Notes: generated from the letters alone by a model not told the origin. A DNA stretch of 46,096 nt from Candidatus Micrarchaeota archaeon (GCA_964650545.1 CAZYTZ010000003.1:1-46096), one strand, 5' to 3'; shown: positions 36,380-45,313, numbered from the stretch's first letter. Program-made: numbers and translations.

Positions 36380-36467
36380 GCATTGGAACGAGCGCATGGC
36401 GATTTCCAATCCAATAAAAAGCCTTTTTAATGCGTCGCAGCAATTACACACAGTCCAATCAGAATGT

Positions 36468-36629
36468 GGGCCGGTAATGGCACCTGAACCTCGTTCAATT
36501 GCCAACGGAAGCTTAGCCTGGTTGGAGCGTTCGACTGATAGACTGTCGGTGGAAAGGGCGCAGGATGCGTCGAAACCCGCCGGTGGTTTCGACATCGAAA
36601 GGTCGAGAGTTCAAATCTCTTCCGGCCCA
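36468..36629 (+). tRNA. tRNA-Ile(GAU) with two introns: 36477-36510 (position 9/10) and 36541-36593 (37/38)
   Basis: Exons 36468-76, 36511-40, 36594-629 join into a 75-nt cloverleaf: GGGCCGG/CCGGCCC acceptor, GCTT/GAGC D stem, TTCGA-CTGATAA-TCGAA anticodon arm, GAGAG-TTCAAAT-CTCTT T arm; both introns form relaxed BHB motifs; CCA not encoded. Confidence 0.9.
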
Positions 36630-36733
36630 CTCATTTTTTCCAAAAGCCTTAATCTCTATGCAGGCTTTTTCCAACCATACCTTTTTAAACACATTATACA
36701 ACATAATAACACAGGCGAATATAGGCGATATGC

Positions 36734-37549
36734 ATGCACATTTACCCTGACATCATGGTTGCTAAGAGGGGTGCAATGCTTGCGGCAAAACAGGGCTTGC
36801 TTGCAACAGCCAACAAGTTCATAGGGTCGAAACTGCTTGAGGAAAAGATAGAAAGGGCTGGTGCCGAGCGCACCGACCTTAGGATAATGCGCCATCTGAA
36901 AAAGACCGTGAAACTCGCCAAAAAAATCGGCCTGGCAGGAAGGCTCGAGGACAAACATTCGATGGCCTATCTTAAGAGCAACAAAAGGTGGTCTCCGGAC
37001 ATTAGGTCGGAACGGCTCCGAAGCGGCAAGCTTCCAAATTACGGCATAGAAGACAATCTTCTCGAAATGCATCATCTTTACATGAAACTGGCCGATCATC
37101 ACGCAAAGCTTGCCGGGGGCAATGGCGGCACTTCTGGAAAGATCGAGCGCATCATTGCCGAGGCGTATTATTCTAAAGCAATTTCCACATCCAGGAAACT
37201 GATAGCTCAATACGGAAAGCATCTTAGTGCAGCATGCGACGAACTGAAAGCTGTGGCGGAAAAGTACCCGCGCACTCATCCTGTTTATGAAACGGCTTTG
37301 GGCTATCTTATGGGCGTTTATGACAGCATAACCTACTATGGGGTTGAAATGAACGAATTGGAGGGAACGATTGGAAACTTCAAAGGCAGCAGGGGGCTTT
37401 CACTTCTGAAAGAGAGCGTGATGAAGGAATACGCGGATGGGCTTCAAGAAAAAGCCTATGGGATATTCGGGCTGCCGTTTGTTCATTACCACTTTAGCGG
37501 CCCAAAATACCAAACTGTTTTTGCAAGTGGCGCGCTGCATGGAAACTAG
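36734..37549 (+). CDS. Hypothetical helical orphan protein downstream of the tRNA
   Basis: 271-aa ORF, basic N-terminus, atypical codon usage; start could be 36755. Confidence 0.65.
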   Translation: MHIYPDIMVAKRGAMLAAKQGLLATANKFIGSKLLEEKIERAGAERTDLRIMRHLKKTVKLAKKIGLAGRLEDKHSMAYLKSNKRWSPDIRSERLRSGKLPNYGIEDNLLEMHHLYMKLADHHAKLAGGNGGTSGKIERIIAEAYYSKAISTSRKLIAQYGKHLSAACDELKAVAEKYPRTHPVYETALGYLMGVYDSITYYGVEMNELEGTIGNFKGSRGLSLLKESVMKEYADGLQEKAYGIFGLPFVHYHFSGPKYQTVFASGALHGN

Positions 37550-37614
37550 ATTTTGAATAGCACTTCTTTTTCCAGTTCCGTCATCTTTATTTACCTTAAT
37601 CCCGTTTCCATCCC

Positions 37615-39288
37615 ATGAACATCCGTTTACTTGCGATTCTAACCCTTCTGCTCATCCTCCCTCTTGCATCCGCGCGCGATTATTCCATCACAAGCGCGCA
37701 GGTGGACTACTATCTCCATTCGGACGGCACAGTTGGCGTGCAGGAAAGGCTGACATACTCACTGTCCGGCAGCTTTCGCGAGCTTTACCTGCAAAAGCCA
37801 ATGGGCCTCTCCATCAGCAATGCGTCGGGCTATTGCGTGGGGCGGGAAAGCTGCACTTTTAGCATGCAGAACAACGAGGGCTACCAGGAGCTGGTGCTTG
37901 CGGACAGCTACAACTCAGGCACAGTGGCGGTGGTATTCGACTACACCCTTAACGGCGAAATACTGTCGCAAAAAGACACAGCGCAGTTCTTCTACAAGCT
38001 TTGGGGCGACACCTGGGAAAAAGAAGTAGGAACATTGAAGGCAAGCGTGCACCTTCCAGCGGGCATGTCTCCGACAGAATATTTCATCCACGCCCCTGCG
38101 GGCAGCCAGGAAATCACGACAGCCGACGGCATCTCCATAATCTCGCAGAACCACCCGGCAAAAACCTACCTGGAAGTGAACATGCTCCTTCCGCAATCAG
38201 GCTTTTCCGGCTTGCGCCAGGCGCCAAAATACCTCTTCAGCCAGGAAATAATCCAGGGCGAGAAGAATTATGCCGAGCAGCAGAAGTCAAACGAGCAGCT
38301 CATGGCACTGCTCTCGTACGCCGTCCTTATCTTCCCGCTTGCAGGCATTGCGCTTTTCATCTACTTGTACTACACGCACGGCCGCGAGCTGCCTCTTGAC
38401 TATGCAGGCACATACGAGCGCGAGCCGCCCTCTCCACTGACGCCATCCGAGGCAGGCTACCTTCTCACAAAAGGCATGCGCACTGACTTTGTCAGCGCGG
38501 AGATGCTATGGCTTTCGCACAAGGGCTACGTAAAACTCGAGGAGCGCGAGGTAATCGACGACCTGCTGATAATCAAGCGCAAGACAAAAGCATGGTTCAT
38601 CATCCTTCTCAAGAAGATGGACGAATGCATATCCCTTGCGCCCCACCAGCGAAAGCTTATGGGGTTCGTCTGGTCCATCGCGACAAACAACGAGCTTCGC
38701 CTCTCCTCCCTGCAGTCGCACAGGTACGCACTCAGAAAGTTCCTTGCCGCTTTTTCCAAGCAGCTCGATGACGGCTTTTACGCGCGCTTCATGGACAAGA
38801 AAGCCAACAACATCATGAACATTTACCTCGTTTTCTCTCTCTTCGTTTGCACCGTTTCCTTTGTCATGCTCGAGATCGGCATGGCACTGCTTTCCACGCT
38901 CGTCCTGGCAGCGCTGCTCATCCTCACAGCCGCCCAGCCCCAGATACTTGGCAGATGGACGCCTGAGGGCAGGCTGGCAGAGAAAAAATGGGCTGCCTTC
39001 AAGAAATACATGCAGGACTTTGGAAGGCTTCAGGAAAAGGAAGTCCCCTCGCTCATCCTCTGGGAAGAATACCTCATCTACGCAACCGCGTTCGGAATCG
39101 CATCAGAGGTGATAAAATCCCTCAAGGTGCGCTTCCCATCAGAGCAGGCCAAAAACGCCGCTTTCATAGGAAGCTACGCAGCATTCCACTCATCGTTCTC
39201 GTCCGTGGCAGCCGCATCCGGCGGCAGCAGCGGAGGCGGGTTTGGCGGCGGTGGCGGAGGAGGGGGCGGCGGAGGCGGCGCCAGATAG
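37615..39288 (+). CDS. DUF2207 family membrane protein
   Basis: Signal peptide, DGT..V.E.LTY, WE.YLIYATAFG and Gly-rich GGGFGGGGGG tail. Confidence 0.88.
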   Translation: MNIRLLAILTLLLILPLASARDYSITSAQVDYYLHSDGTVGVQERLTYSLSGSFRELYLQKPMGLSISNASGYCVGRESCTFSMQNNEGYQELVLADSYNSGTVAVVFDYTLNGEILSQKDTAQFFYKLWGDTWEKEVGTLKASVHLPAGMSPTEYFIHAPAGSQEITTADGISIISQNHPAKTYLEVNMLLPQSGFSGLRQAPKYLFSQEIIQGEKNYAEQQKSNEQLMALLSYAVLIFPLAGIALFIYLYYTHGRELPLDYAGTYEREPPSPLTPSEAGYLLTKGMRTDFVSAEMLWLSHKGYVKLEEREVIDDLLIIKRKTKAWFIILLKKMDECISLAPHQRKLMGFVWSIATNNELRLSSLQSHRYALRKFLAAFSKQLDDGFYARFMDKKANNIMNIYLVFSLFVCTVSFVMLEIGMALLSTLVLAALLILTAAQPQILGRWTPEGRLAEKKWAAFKKYMQDFGRLQEKEVPSLILWEEYLIYATAFGIASEVIKSLKVRFPSEQAKNAAFIGSYAAFHSSFSSVAAASGGSSGGGFGGGGGGGGGGGGAR

Positions 39289-39292
39289 ACGG

Positions 39293-39841
39293 CTAAGCCC
39301 AGTGCCACCATCCGTACGCAACCTCGCCGGCATAAGCAAGGAGCACATAGCGCAGCGTCTTTCCTGCAATCGTGGCAAGCGCGAACTTCCAAAGAGGCAT
39401 CCTTATCGCGCCAGCCGCAATGCCTGCCACGTCAAAAACAGGATTGGGCACAAAGGCAAGCGCGAAAATGGCAAGCGGCCCATACTTCCCAATGCCCTCC
39501 TTGTGCTGCCTGAAGAGGCGCGTGCGCGAAACCGCGTCATGGCCTGCAAAGCCTGCCAAATAGCCCGATATTTCGCCAATGCCCGAGCCCAAGCCCGCCG
39601 CCATGCCCACCAAAAGCGGATTCAAAAAAGCGCCCATGGCAAAAACAACCGCAAAGCCCGGAAGCGGCACGAAAATGGTGGCCGAGGAGAGAAGCGAGAT
39701 GACAAACACGCCCGCATAGCCCCAGTCCTGCAACCCCTGCACTTGCGAAAACAGGTAAATGGCAAGCAGGCTGATGCATATTGCGCCGGCGAGTGCCAGG
39801 GCGTCCTTGCGGCTAAAAAGTGGCTTTCCCTTTGCCATCAA
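39293..39841 (-). CDS. DedA/VTT (SNARE-associated) membrane protein
   Basis: P.PG, G..IGE..GY..G, PNPVFD..GIAAG, GK.LRY. Confidence 0.88.
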   Translation of the reverse strand: MMAKGKPLFSRKDALALAGAICISLLAIYLFSQVQGLQDWGYAGVFVISLLSSATIFVPLPGFAVVFAMGAFLNPLLVGMAAGLGSGIGEISGYLAGFAGHDAVSRTRLFRQHKEGIGKYGPLAIFALAFVPNPVFDVAGIAAGAIRMPLWKFALATIAGKTLRYVLLAYAGEVAYGWWHWA

Positions 39842-39851
39842 AGCACCAAAA

Positions 39852-40361
39852 CTAGTTCCACACTGTCACGCGCGTGCGGGTCATGAAAAGCGAGTTGGTG
39901 TTGTAAATGTCGCTTTCCCTTACGTTCTTGTCCGTGAGCCTGCTGTCAATCCCGGAAATCGCATACGCCCTCTTGAGCGCCTCCACCTTGAACATGGAAA
40001 ACCAGTTGTTTGTAATTATCCTTATGCCACCCTTGTCAATGGCTTCAAGTATGCCCATTGACCTGTTCTCAATCCTTTCAGCGGCATCGTCGCTCACGAT
40101 TATCACAATGCTCGGGCTTGAAAGCGGCTCATACTCAAACGAGCTCAGCTCGCCCCTTTTCACCCCAAGGCCAATCACCGACTGGCCAATGTAGGCGTTC
40201 ACGCGCTCGTCTCCCACCAGCATGCGCGCGCTTTTCGGTATTTTCTGGTCCACGTAGGCGTAATACTTGGCAAGCAGCTGCTCGCGGCTCTGCTCTATCT
40301 GGTAAGAATGCGCAAGGCAGAGAAGGAGCGATATTGACAAAACAAACAATGCAGTCTTCAT
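39852..40361 (-). CDS. Hypothetical secreted protein
   Basis: Sec-type signal peptide MKTALFVLSISLLLCLAHS. Confidence 0.7.
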   Translation of the reverse strand: MKTALFVLSISLLLCLAHSYQIEQSREQLLAKYYAYVDQKIPKSARMLVGDERVNAYIGQSVIGLGVKRGELSSFEYEPLSSPSIVIIVSDDAAERIENRSMGILEAIDKGGIRIITNNWFSMFKVEALKRAYAISGIDSRLTDKNVRESDIYNTNSLFMTRTRVTVWN

Positions 40362-40570
40362 GGGAATATTTTTCCCAAGCCTTAATAAAAAGCAATCGGT
40401 CTTGGCTCGCGCTGAAGAAAAAGAAAAAAGAAAAACAAAGCTGTCAAGCGTAAGTCTAGAAACAACTAGAACTTATTGCCTTGGTTGGCTTCACGCTTTT
40501 TCGCCAGAGCGAAAAAGGTGCCCTTTTTTGCGGAGCAAAAAATGGGCGCCAACCGTCCAAAAAATTCCTG

Positions 40571-40798
40571 TTAGAATTTTTTGTGCTTGGGGAAGCAGTC
40601 CCTGCAGTAAACAGGCCTTCCTTCTGTTGGCTTGAACGGCACTTCGCACTCCTGCCCGCAGTCTGAGCAGACTGCCTTGTGCATGTCGCGAGGTCCGCCG
40701 TATCCGCCGCCGCCTCCGCGACCAAAGCCACCGCGTCCGCCACCGCGTCCGCCGCCTCTTCCGCCGTATCCGCCGCTGTCGTCATCTCCAAATCCCAT
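40571..40798 (-). CDS. CxxC-x17-CxxC zinc-binding protein with RGG-rich N-terminus
   Basis: MHKAVCSDCGQECEVPFKPTEGRPVYCRDCF; AGGTGA SD. Confidence 0.92.
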   Translation of the reverse strand: MGFGDDDSGGYGGRGGGRGGGRGGFGRGGGGGYGGPRDMHKAVCSDCGQECEVPFKPTEGRPVYCRDCFPKHKKF

Positions 40799-41030
40799 TT
40801 ATATTCACCTATTTTTTTCCAGGAAGCGCCGCCCACTTTTGCGTGCAAGCCGGCCTTTCATTGCCGAAAGCCCCCTGGTGGATATATTCGAAATGCAATG
40901 GTTTATAAGTTAGGGGGTAAGGTGGGAGGTTAAGCTAGGAAAAGAAGATGTGCTTTTTGCTGTGCAAAAAGCATCAGACACCGAGCGACGTTCGCTCGAT
41001 GCTGAAAAAAAGAAAGAAAAAGAAGGAAAC

Positions 41031-41312
41031 CTACAGCTCTGGAATCAGCGGCGGCCTCTCGTCAGTGGAGAGCAGGCAGTAGAAGTACAGCTGCGTCATG
41101 CCCTTGTACCAGTTGGTCACGAACTTCGCAAGCGCAGGGTGCCTCTTGCCGAGTATGAGAATGTGTAGCCACTGCACCATCAGCGCGATGTAGGCAAATA
41201 TCCCGATAATGCACAGGATAATTCCAACAATCGTGCCCCAAATCCACCTTACGAAAAGCTCAAGCCTGCTGGCCTTCTCTGCGCTTGTCACCGTTATCTT
41301 GACCGTATTCAT
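41031..41312 (-). CDS. DUF4389-like small membrane protein
   Basis: SRLELFVR, QWLHILILGKR, TDERPP; GGAGGG SD. Confidence 0.78.
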   Translation of the reverse strand: MNTVKITVTSAEKASRLELFVRWIWGTIVGIILCIIGIFAYIALMVQWLHILILGKRHPALAKFVTNWYKGMTQLYFYCLLSTDERPPLIPEL

Positions 41313-41387
41313 ACAGTCCCTCCGCGCTATCAATTGATAGGCACTCCGTAATTCCAGCTTTAGCTTTTTATAGCTGCTCCCCTGTGC

Positions 41388-41798
41388 CTACTCTCCGAAC
41401 ACTTTTACAATCACCCTCTTCCTGCGCTGCCCGTCCCACTCGCCGTAGAACACCTGCTCCCAGGACCCCAAGTCAAGCTTGCCATCAGTTATCGGCAGCA
41501 TCACCTGGTGGCCCATCACCAGCCTCTTCAGGTGCGCATCAGCATTGGACTCGCCGGTGTGGTGGTGGCGGTAATCCCCTTCTGGCGCCACCTTTTCCAG
41601 CCATCCCATTATGTCTTCCCACAATCCAGGCTCATAATCATTGACAAAAACAGAGGCAGTGATGTGCATTGCGGAGACGAACGCAAACCCCTCGCGCACG
41701 CCAGACTCCAAAACCGCGGACTGCACGGCATCAGTCATGGGGACTATTTCCTTTCTCTTCTTGGTATTGAACCATACATATTCTGTGTGAAACTTCAT
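41388..41798 (-). CDS. yjbQ: YjbQ/UPF0047 family protein
   Basis: [34 protein letters not shown]. Confidence 0.9.
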   Translation of the reverse strand: MKFHTEYVWFNTKKRKEIVPMTDAVQSAVLESGVREGFAFVSAMHITASVFVNDYEPGLWEDIMGWLEKVAPEGDYRHHHTGESNADAHLKRLVMGHQVMLPITDGKLDLGSWEQVFYGEWDGQRRKRVIVKVFGE

Positions 41799-41859
41799 CT
41801 TCCCACCACCACTAACATCAAGGATGCCGCTTATATTCCTTTTCGTGGATTTTAGGGGC

Positions 41860-42855
41860 ATGGACATGATATACTATGGCTACCTTGCAGCGGCTTTTGC
41901 AGCCTCAGTTGTCGTGGGCCGCATTGCAGGCCCGATAGTGGTGGCATTGCTCGAATACCTCACGCGCAAGACAAAAAGCACGCTTGACGACAGGGTGATT
42001 GCGGCGGTGAAGGTGCCGCTCGAGTCCTTTTTCTTCCTGGTGGTGTTCTACCTGCTCCTCAACAGCTTCCCAGTGCTTGAGGCCGCGGCAAGCTTCCTTG
42101 ACGAGTACACAGCAGCCATAATCATCCTGATAGCAGCTTTCATGGCCTCCGAGGCATCAGGCGCTGCGATACGCTGGTACTATGACGAGGGATACAAGGG
42201 CGCGCGCCTGGTGAAAATGGACCTTTCGCTGCTCCCGCTGTTGCGCAAGGTGACCAAGGTGGCAATCTACCTGATTGGCATCACGATTGCGCTTTCCACC
42301 ACGGGCTTTGACGTCACAGGCATAATAGCAGTCACCAGCGTGGCCGGCTTGATACTCGGGCTTGCCTCGCAGGAAACGCTTGCCAACATATTCGCAGGGC
42401 TCGCGCTGCAGCTTGACAGGCCCTACCATTACGGAGACTACCTCTCGCTTCCGTTCGGAGGCGGAACCGCCAGGCTTGAGAAGATCGGCATGAGGACAAC
42501 GCGCCTGACAGACATGCTGCACAACACAATAATAGTGTCAAACTCAGAGTTTGCCAAACTGCGCGTGGTGAACCTGTCCATGCCCGACGGGATGAGCATA
42601 ATCCCTGTAACAGCCGAGCTTCCGCTCTCAGCCGACCTTGCCGCACTCAAGAAGCGCATCGTCGCCTCCCTTTCGCGCGAAAAGCCCAACGGGCTCATGC
42701 CTGAGCGCGGCTACGAGCTTTCCATAGACGCCGTAAAGCCCGCCTCCCTAGGGGTATCATTCTCATTCTGGGTGAAGGGCTATCAGCATGCCGGCAAAAT
42801 AAGCGGAATTGTGAACCGAGAAATCCTCTCGTTCTCAAAGGGGGAGAAGAAGTAG
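41860..42855 (+). CDS. mscS: Small-conductance mechanosensitive channel
   Basis: [15 protein letters not shown]...DRPY..GD, IGMRTT, NSE..K..VVN.S. Confidence 0.9.
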   Translation: MDMIYYGYLAAAFAASVVVGRIAGPIVVALLEYLTRKTKSTLDDRVIAAVKVPLESFFFLVVFYLLLNSFPVLEAAASFLDEYTAAIIILIAAFMASEASGAAIRWYYDEGYKGARLVKMDLSLLPLLRKVTKVAIYLIGITIALSTTGFDVTGIIAVTSVAGLILGLASQETLANIFAGLALQLDRPYHYGDYLSLPFGGGTARLEKIGMRTTRLTDMLHNTIIVSNSEFAKLRVVNLSMPDGMSIIPVTAELPLSADLAALKKRIVASLSREKPNGLMPERGYELSIDAVKPASLGVSFSFWVKGYQHAGKISGIVNREILSFSKGEKK

Positions 42856-43884
42856 CTACCCGGGCCGCACAACCGCAAAATCGGACACGTCGCCAGGCAC
42901 GCTTCCCATGGAGGCGACAAACCACTTCACCAGCCTCTCGTTGTTCGTGCCCCACATTCCCGACTTTGCCACGATGTCGTGCACGCGGTCGCGCGTTATC
43001 TTCACCTTCTTGCCAGAGTCGAAAACATCAGCGTTGTCCATGCACTTCACGTAGCTCTCTATTGCCATGAACAGCGGTATGAGGCAAAACATCCTCACGC
43101 GAAGCGCTTTTTTCGGAAGGAGCAAAATGTACTGCATTGCCGCGTCAATGTACCTGCGCGCGTCGTCTATCTGCTCGCGCAGCACGGAGAGCGCCTTTTC
43201 CCTGTTCTCAGCAGAGCAGATGTTTGAGTAGCATAGACCGTACTTTGCAAGAAGCTTCTTGGGCCAGTAATACCTGTGAGATGCCACGTCGTCTGCAATG
43301 TCGCGCAGTATGTTCACCTTCTGAAGTGCCAGGCCGAACTCGCGCGCGTATTTTGCGAGCTGGCGCTTGAGCCGCGCGGTGATTATCCTGTTGAAGTGCA
43401 GCAGGTCGTTGAAAAGATGCCCTATGATGCCTGCGACGTAGTAGCTGTACCTGTCCTGGTCAGAAAAAGTCTCAATGGGCTTTCTCTGGAATTCGCACAT
43501 GCCGCGCGCCATCACGCGCGCGCGCTTTGCTATCGCCTTGCGCGCGCCTGCAGGCAGCGAGAAACACGCGCGCACAAGCGCAGGCAATGATGCCAGCAAT
43601 TCCTTTTCGTAAGTGTAATTGAGGCTTGCAAGCATTTTCCTTGCGCATGTCTCTGCAGCGACATCATTTGCCTTCCTTCTTGAAAGAAGCGACAAAAATT
43701 CGGAGAACAATTCCTTTTTCAGCGCAAGCGACGCGCTCGAGTCCTCCACAGTGTCAATCACGCGAAAAACAAGGTAGGAGACCATCATCTGCTCGTTTAA
43801 GGGCTTTGGCAGTATCCTTATGCAAAGCGCAAAGCTCCTGGATACATTGGGGAGTATTCTCCAGCATTTCCGAATATCTTTCAT
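42856..43884 (-). CDS. Squalene/phytoene synthase family (squalene synthase-like)
   Basis: VSRSFA, YLVFRVIDTVED, Y.YYVAG.IG, FGLALQKVNILRD..DD, FCLIP. Confidence 0.9.
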   Translation of the reverse strand: MKDIRKCWRILPNVSRSFALCIRILPKPLNEQMMVSYLVFRVIDTVEDSSASLALKKELFSEFLSLLSRRKANDVAAETCARKMLASLNYTYEKELLASLPALVRACFSLPAGARKAIAKRARVMARGMCEFQRKPIETFSDQDRYSYYVAGIIGHLFNDLLHFNRIITARLKRQLAKYAREFGLALQKVNILRDIADDVASHRYYWPKKLLAKYGLCYSNICSAENREKALSVLREQIDDARRYIDAAMQYILLLPKKALRVRMFCLIPLFMAIESYVKCMDNADVFDSGKKVKITRDRVHDIVAKSGMWGTNNERLVKWFVASMGSVPGDVSDFAVVRPG

Positions 43885-43981
43885 TCCATCAGCCGCCCAG
43901 CAAAAACCGGTGCCGGAATTTGCGCGCCATTGTTTATAACGCTTATTAGCACGCTCACTTTATATTTTCTAGCCGAGAAAA

Positions 43982-45313
43982 ATGCGCATGAGCACCGCGC
44001 CCAACGGCAACGGGGCAACAACCGAGGAGAAAAAACCCAGAAAATTCCTATTCGTCTCAATAGAGGCTCTCATAGGCGACCTTGCCTACCAGATAAAAAA
44101 GGAGGGCAACGAGGTGCGCTACCACATCTACGACAAGACGGAGCGCGACGTGTGCGACGGGTTTGTGGAAAAGTGCAGCGACTGGAAGGAGCATGTTGAC
44201 TGGGCAGACACCATAATCTTTGACGACGTTGGCTTTGGTGCGGCTGCAGACGACCTGCGGAAAAAGGGCAAGGCGGTCGTGGGCGGCTCTGCATACACCG
44301 ACAAGCTCGAGGACGACAGGCTCTTCGGGCAGGACGAGCTGGCCTCAGCAGGCGTGAACGTGCTTCCGCACTCGGACTTTGAGGACTTTGACTCTGCAAT
44401 AGACTTTGTGCAGAAAAACCCAGGCAGATACGTGCTCAAGCCCAACGGCAGCGCGCAAAACGAGAAGGAGCTTCTTTTCATAGGCAAGGAGGACGACGGG
44501 GCGGACATGCTCAATGTCCTGACGCACTACAAGCGCAGCTGGGCAAAAAAACTCAACTCCTTCCAGCTGCAGAAGTTCGCGCAGGGCGTGGAGGTTGCCG
44601 TGGGCGCATTCTTCAACGGGCGCGAATTCTGCGGGCCAATAAACGTGAACTTCGAGCACAAGCGGATGTTCGCAGGCGACTTAGGCCCCAACACAGGCGA
44701 GATGGGCACATTGATGTTCTGGTCGCAGCAAAGCAAGATATTCAACGAAACGCTTGGCAAGATGAAGGAGAAGCTTGCCGCCTGCGGCTACGTGGGCTAC
44801 ATAGACCTCAACTGCATAGTGAATGCGCGCGGTATCTACCCGCTTGAGTTCACCTCCCGCTTCGGCTATCCCACGATTTCCATACAGATGGAAGGGGTCT
44901 CCTCGCACTGGGGCGACTTTTTCCACGCGCTCGCGCGAGGCGAGCACGCGGACCTTAAGACCAAGAAGGGCTTCCAGATAGGCGTAGTGGTGGCAGTGCC
45001 CCCGTTTCCGTTCACCGACCTTCAGGCATTCCGCCGCTATTCGGAGGACGCCACCATAATCTTCAAGAAGCCCAACATCGACGGCGTGCACCTTGGCGAC
45101 GTCAAGCTTGTGGAGGGCGACTGGCGGCTTGCAGGCCAGTCAGGCTACGCAGTGATAGTGACTGGCTCGGGCATCACTGTCGACGACTCGCAAAAGCAGG
45201 TGTACAAGCGCGTGGAGAACATTCTCATCCCCAACATGTTCTACAGGACAGACATAGGCAACCGCTGGGTGCACGACTCCGACATGCTCCACTCATGGGA
45301 GTATCTCCATTAA
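43982..45313 (+). CDS. PurD-like ATP-grasp ligase (divergent phosphoribosylamine-glycine ligase family)
   Basis: LEDDR, EHKR...GDLGPNTGEMG, LEFTSRFGYP, YRTDIG; lacks canonical N-terminal G.GGRE. Confidence 0.75.
   Translation: MRMSTAPNGNGATTEEKKPRKFLFVSIEALIGDLAYQIKKEGNEVRYHIYDKTERDVCDGFVEKCSDWKEHVDWADTIIFDDVGFGAAADDLRKKGKAVVGGSAYTDKLEDDRLFGQDELASAGVNVLPHSDFEDFDSAIDFVQKNPGRYVLKPNGSAQNEKELLFIGKEDDGADMLNVLTHYKRSWAKKLNSFQLQKFAQGVEVAVGAFFNGREFCGPINVNFEHKRMFAGDLGPNTGEMGTLMFWSQQSKIFNETLGKMKEKLAACGYVGYIDLNCIVNARGIYPLEFTSRFGYPTISIQMEGVSSHWGDFFHALARGEHADLKTKKGFQIGVVVAVPPFPFTDLQAFRRYSEDATIIFKKPNIDGVHLGDVKLVEGDWRLAGQSGYAVIVTGSGITVDDSQKQVYKRVENILIPNMFYRTDIGNRWVHDSDMLHSWEYLH

Noticed and set aside
36570-36600. 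A third or nested intron using the gtcgaaacc hairpin
   Set aside because: No register gave a valid BHB that yields a normal tRNA-Ile; the single 37/38 intron is more parsimonious.
37561-37574. cacttctttttcca after the orphan resembling cactcattttttcca at the tRNA 3' end (36628-42), a possible att-like repeat
   Set aside because: Short, gapped and low-complexity T-rich; both may simply be terminators.
39220-39285. GGC-rich tandem tract
   Set aside because: Normal Gly-rich C-terminus of DUF2207 proteins.
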